DNA of 64,000 nucleotides, from the NCBI GenBank assembly GCA_964057225.1, contig OZ059894.1, forward strand, positions 806,001-870,000, written 5' to 3'. Under the pieces are notes generated by a model that searched no databases, was not told the DNA's origin, and was given only the letters and a program-made list of their open reading frames with translations. The DNA comes from Auanema rhodensis (taxonomy: Eukaryota > Animalia > Nematoda). The position numbers were made by a program, and so were the translations under genes. How positions within the stretch are numbered: the first letter of the stretch is position 1; each line of letters opens with the position of its first letter. Below, one piece after another: positions 58,786 through 64,000 of this stretch.

Positions 58786-61601
58786 TTGAAAACCGCATCT
58801 CTTTATCTTTCACGTGAAGCGAGTAACATACCAAGTGCACATCACGTGTACATTTAATTAGCATAAATTAAAGTTCACGTAATTTTCAAAGTCATGGTTA
58901 CCATGAACCAATATCAATAAAAATTTGTTTTTAGACTAATATGGACATGGGGAATCTAATTTGGAAAACCGCATCTCTTTATCTTTCACGTGAAGCGAGT
59001 TACATACCAAGTGCACATCACGTGTACATTTAATTAGCATAAATTAAAGTTCACGTAAATTTCAAAGTCATGGTTACCATGCACCAATATCAATAAAAAC
59101 TTGTTTTTAGACTAATATGGACATGGGGAATCTAATTTTGAAAACCGCATCTCTTTATCTTTCACGTGAAGCGAGTTACATACCAAGTGCACATCACGTG
59201 TACATTTAATTAGCATAAATTAAAGTTCACGTAAATTTCAAAGTCATGGTTACCATGAACCAATATCAATAAAAATTTGTTTTTCGACTAATATGGACAT
59301 GGGGAATCTAATTTTGAAAACCGCATCTCTTTATCTTTCACGTGAAGCGAGTTACATACCAAGTGCACATCACGTGTACATTTAATTAGCATAAATTAAA
59401 GTTCACGTAAATTTCAAAGTCATGGTTACCATGAACCAATATCAATAAAAATTTGTTTTTAGACTAATATGAATATGGGGAATCTAATTTTAAAAACCGC
59501 ATCTCCTTATTTTTCACGTGAAGCGAGTTACATACCAAGTGCACATCACGTGTACATTTAATTAGCATAAATTAAAGTTCACGTAAATTTCAAAATCATG
59601 GTTACCATGAATTAATATCAATAAAAATTTGTTTTTAGACTAATATGGACATGAGGATTCTAATTTTGAAAACCGCATCTCTTTATCTTTCACGTGAAGC
59701 GAGTTACATACCAAGTGCACATCACGTGTACATTTAATTAGCATAAATTAAAGTTCACGTAATTTTCAAAGTCATGGTTACCATGAACCAATATCAATAA
59801 AAATTTGTTTTTAGACTAATATGGACATGGGGAATCTAATTTTGAAAACCGCATCTCTTTATCTTTCACGTGAAGCGAGTTACATACCAAGTGCACATCA
59901 CGTGTACATTTAATTAGCATAAATTAAAGTTCACGTAAATTTCAAAGTCATGGTTACCATGCACCAATATCAATAAAAATTTGTTTTTAGACTAATATGG
60001 ACATGGGGAATCTAATTTTGAAAACCGCATCTCTTTATCTTTCACGTGAAGCGAGTTACATACCAAGTGCACATCACGTGTACATTTAATTAGCATAAAT
60101 TAAAGTTCACGTAAATTTCAAAGTCATGGTTACCATGCACCAATATCAATAAAAATTTGTTTTTAGACTAATATGGACATGGGGAATCTAATTTTGAAAA
60201 CCGCATCTCTTTATCTTTCACGTGAAGCGAGTTACATACCAAGTGCACATCACGTGTACATTTAATTAGCATAAATTAAAGTTCACGTAATTTTCAAAGT
60301 CATGGTTACCATGAACCAATATCAATAAAAATTTGTTTTTAGACTAATATGGACATGGGGAATCTAATTTGGAAAACCGCATCTCTTTATCTTTCACGTG
60401 AAGCGAGTTACATACCAAGTGCACATCACGTGTACATTTAATTAGCATAAATTAAAGTTCACGTAAATTTCAAAGTCATGGTTACCATGCACCAATATCA
60501 ATAAAAACTTGTTTTTAGACTAATATGGACATGGGGAATCTAATTTTGAAAACCGCATCTCTTTATCTTTCACGTGAAGCGAGTTACATACCAAGTGCAC
60601 ATCACGTGTACATTTAATTAGCATAAATTAAAGTTCACGTAAATTTCAAAGTCATGGTTACCATGAACCAATATCAATAAAAATTTGTTTTTCGACTAAT
60701 ATGGACATGGGGAATCTAATTTTGAAAACCGCATCTCTTTATCTTTCACGTGAAGCGAGTTACATACCAAGTGCACATCACGTGTACATTTAATTAGCAT
60801 AAATTAAAGTTCACGTAAATTTCAAAGTCATGGTTACCATGAACCAATATCAATAAAAATTTGTTTTTAGACTAATATGAATATGGGGAATCTAATTTTG
60901 AAAACCGCATCTCCTTATTTTTCACGTGAAGCGAGTTACATACCAAGTGCACATCACGTGTACATTTAATTAGCATAAATTAAAGTTCACGTAAATTTCA
61001 AAATCATGGTTACCATGAATTAATATCAATAAAAATTTGTTTTTAGACTAATATGGACATGAGGATTCTAATTTTGAAAACCGCATCTCTTTATCTTTCA
61101 CGTGAAGCGAGTTACATACCAAGTGCACATCACGTATACATTTAATTAGCATAAATTAAAGTTCACGTAATTTTCAAAGTCATGGTTACCATGAACCAAT
61201 ATCAATAAAAATTTGTTTTTAGACTAATATGGACATGGGGAATCTAATTTTGAAAACCGCATCTCTTTATCTTTCACGTGAAGCGAGTTACATACCAAGT
61301 GCACATCACGTGTACATTTAATTAGCATAAATTAAAGTTCACGTAAATTTCAAAGTCATGGTTACCATGCACCAATATCAATAAAAATTTGTTTTTAGAC
61401 TAATATGGACATGGGGAATCTAATTTTGAAAACCGCATCTCTTTATCTTTCACGTGAAGCGAGTTACATACCAAGTGCACATCACGTGTACATTTAATTA
61501 GCATAAATTAAAGTTCACGTAAATTTCAAAGTCATGGTTACCATGCACCAATATCAATAAAAATTTGTTTTTAGACTAATATGGACATGGGGAATCTAAT
61601 T
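58786..61601 (+). repeat. Tandem duplication of an 8-monomer (1408 bp) unit
   Basis: The otherwise unseen alleles tttGgaaaacc (about 58963, 60371) and aaaaaCttg (59100, 60508) are 1408 bp apart. Confidence 0.85.
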
Positions 61602-64000
61602 TTGAAAACCGCATCTCTTTATCTTTCACGTGAAGCGAGTTACATACCAAGTGCACATCACGTGTACATTTAATTAGCATAAATTAAAGTTCACGTAAAT
61701 TTCAAAGTCATGGTTACCATGAACCAATATAAATAAAAATTTGTTTTTCGACTAATATGGACATGGGGAATCTAATTTTGAAAACCGCATCTCTTTATCT
61801 TTCACGTGAAGCGAGTTACATACCAAGTGCACATCACGTGTACATTTAATTAGCATAAATTAAAGTTCACGTAAATTTCAAAGTCATGGTTACCATGAAC
61901 CAATATCAATAAAAATTTGTTTTTAGACTAATATGAATATGGGGAATCTAATTTTGAAAACCGCATCTCCTTATTTTTCACGTGAAGCGAGTTACATACC
62001 AAGTGCACATCACGTGTACATTTAATTAGCATAAATTAAAGTTCACGTAAATTTCAAAATCATGGTTACCATGAACCAATATCAATAAAAATTTGTTTTT
62101 AGACTAATATGGACATGGGGAATCTAATTTTGAAAACCGCATCTCTTTATCTTTCACGTGAAGCGAGTTACATACCAAGTGCACATCACGTGTACATTTA
62201 ATTAGCATAAATTAAAGTTCACGTAAATTTCAAAGTCATGGTTACCATGAACCAATATCAATAAAAATTTGTTTTTCGACTAATATGGACATGGGGAATC
62301 TAATTTTGAAAACCGCATCTCTTTATCTTTCACGTGAAGCGAGTTACATACCAAGTGCACATCACGTGTACATTTAATTAGCATAAATTAAAGTTCACGT
62401 AAATTTCAAAGTCATGGTTACCATGAACCAATATCAATAAAAATTTGTTTTTAGACTAATATGAATATGGGGAATCTAATTTTGAAAACCGCATCTCCTT
62501 ATTTTTCACGTGAAGCGAGTTACATACCAAGTGCACATCACGTGTACATTTAATTAGCATAAATTAAAGTTCACGTAAATTTCAAAATCATGGTTACCAT
62601 GAATTAATATCAATAAAAATTTGTTTTTAGACTAATATGGACATGAGGATTCTAATTTTGAAAACCGCATCTCTTTATCTTTCACGTGAAGCGAGTTACA
62701 TACCAAGTGCACATCACGTGTACATTTAATTAGCATAAATTAAAGTTCACGTAATTTTCAAAGTCATGGTTACCATGAACCAATATCAATAAAAATTTGT
62801 TTTTAGACTAATATGGACATGGGGAATCTAATTTTGAAAACCGCATCTCTTTATCTTTCACGTGAAGCGAGTTACATACCAAGTGCACATCACGTGTACA
62901 TTTAATTAGCATAAATTAAAGTTCACGTAAATTTCAAAGTCATGGTTACCATGCACCAATATCAATAAAAATTTGTTTTTAGACTAATATGGACATGGGG
63001 AATCTAATTTTGAAAACCGCATCTCTTTATCTTTCACGTGAAGCGAGTTACATACCAAGTGCACATCACGTGTACATTTAATTAGCATAAATTAAAGTTC
63101 ACGTAAATTTCAAAGTCATGGTTACCATGAACCAATATCAATAAAAATTTGTTTTTAGACTAATATGGACATGGGGAATCTAATTTTGAAAACCGCATCT
63201 CTTTATCTTTCACGTGAAGCGAGTTACATACCAAGTGCACATCACGTGTACATTTAATTAGCATAAATTAAAGTTCACGTAAATTTCAAAGTCATGGTTA
63301 CCATGAACCAATATCAATAAAAATTTGTTTTTAGACTAATATGGACATGGGGAATCTAATTTTGAAAACCGCATCTCTTTATCTTTCACGTGAAGCGAGT
63401 TACATACCAAGTGCACATCACGTGTACATTTAATTAGCATAAATTAAAGTTCACGTAAATTTCAAAGTCATGGTTACCATGCACCAATATCAATAAAAAT
63501 TTGTTTTTAGACTAATATGAATATGGGGAATCTAATTTTGAAAACCGCATCTCCTTATTTTTCACGTGAAGCGAGTTACATACCAAGTGCACATCACGTG
63601 TACATTTAATTAGCATAAATTAAAGTTCACGTAAATTTCAAAATCATGGTTACCATGAATTAATATCAATAAAAATTTGTTTTTAGACTAATATGGACAT
63701 GAGGATTCTAATTTTGAAAACCGCATCTCTTTATCTTTCACGTGAAGCGAGTTACATACCAAGTGCACATCACGTGTACATTTAATTAGCATAAATTAAA
63801 GTTCACGTAAATTTCAAAGTCATGGTTACCATGAACCAATATCAATAAAAATTTGTTTTTAGACTAATATGGACATGGGGAATCTAATTTTGAAAACCGC
63901 ATCTCTTTATCTTTCACGTGAAGCGAGTTACATACCAAGTGCACATCACGTGTACATTTAATTAGCATAAATTAAAGTTCACGTAAATTTCAAAGTCATG

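Larger units (their letters stand above)
1..64000 (+). repeat. 176-bp tandem satellite DNA array (about 363.6 monomers), probably centromeric or pericentromeric
   Basis: ttgaaaaccgc recurs at 1, 177, 353 and so on with period 176. After a +1 shift near 10.7 kb, monomers start at 2+176n, and the last partial one starts at 63890. Orientation is single and there is no intervening non-satellite sequence. The satellite call is direct; the centromeric role is inferred from unit size and homogeneity only. Confidence 0.99.

Noticed and set aside
1-64000. CRISPR array or other repeat-spacer system
   Set aside because: There are no unique spacers; the entire 176 bp is repeated. No cas or other genes are present.
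1-64000. Assignment to a named satellite of similar size (Brassica CentBr 176 bp, Arabidopsis CEN178, primate alpha 171 bp, honeybee AluI 176 bp)
   Set aside because: I do not recognise sequence similarity to these, and the consensus has no AAGCTT or AGCT site. Unit length alone is not diagnostic; a BLAST or repeat-library search is needed.
1-64000. Transposon insertion, inversion or telomeric repeat inside the array
   Set aside because: Register and orientation are continuous end to end, which leaves no room for inserted sequence.
1-64000. A single fixed higher-order repeat, or a coded message in the variant order
   Set aside because: Periods vary (5, 7, 8, 9, 10, 12, 13, 14, 20, 22, 26 monomers) and are adequately explained by successive tandem duplications.

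Overview
The whole 64-kb window is one uninterrupted head-to-tail satellite DNA array with no inversions. It holds about 363.6 copies of a 176-bp monomer (about 32% GC by hand count). Consensus from position 1: ttgaaaaccgcatctctttatctttcacgtgaagcgagttacataccaagtgcacatcacgtgtacatttaattagcataaattaaagttcacgtaaatttcaaagtcatggttaccatg[c/a]accaatatcaataaaaatttgtttttagactaatatggacatggggaatctaatt. Monomers differ from consensus by about 0-7 substitutions, and only one net indel was seen (+1 at about 10691-10699). Nucleosome-sized monomers, high homogeneity and higher-order blocks fit a eukaryotic centromeric or pericentromeric satellite. That is an inference; I cannot name the species or family. I found no genes, RNA genes, transposons or CRISPR arrays, and the 13 ORFs are artefacts of one monomer stop codon being mutated. 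The real information is in the variant pattern: successive domains with their own diagnostic alleles, nested tandem duplications (5, 8, 12, 13 and 26 monomers), and two diverged copies of a long ancestral block in the right half. There is also a 4-nt substitution that looks templated by a nearby inverted repeat, strict length conservation, and a conserved palindrome-rich core. I do not see a new protein-coding system. All counts are by eye.
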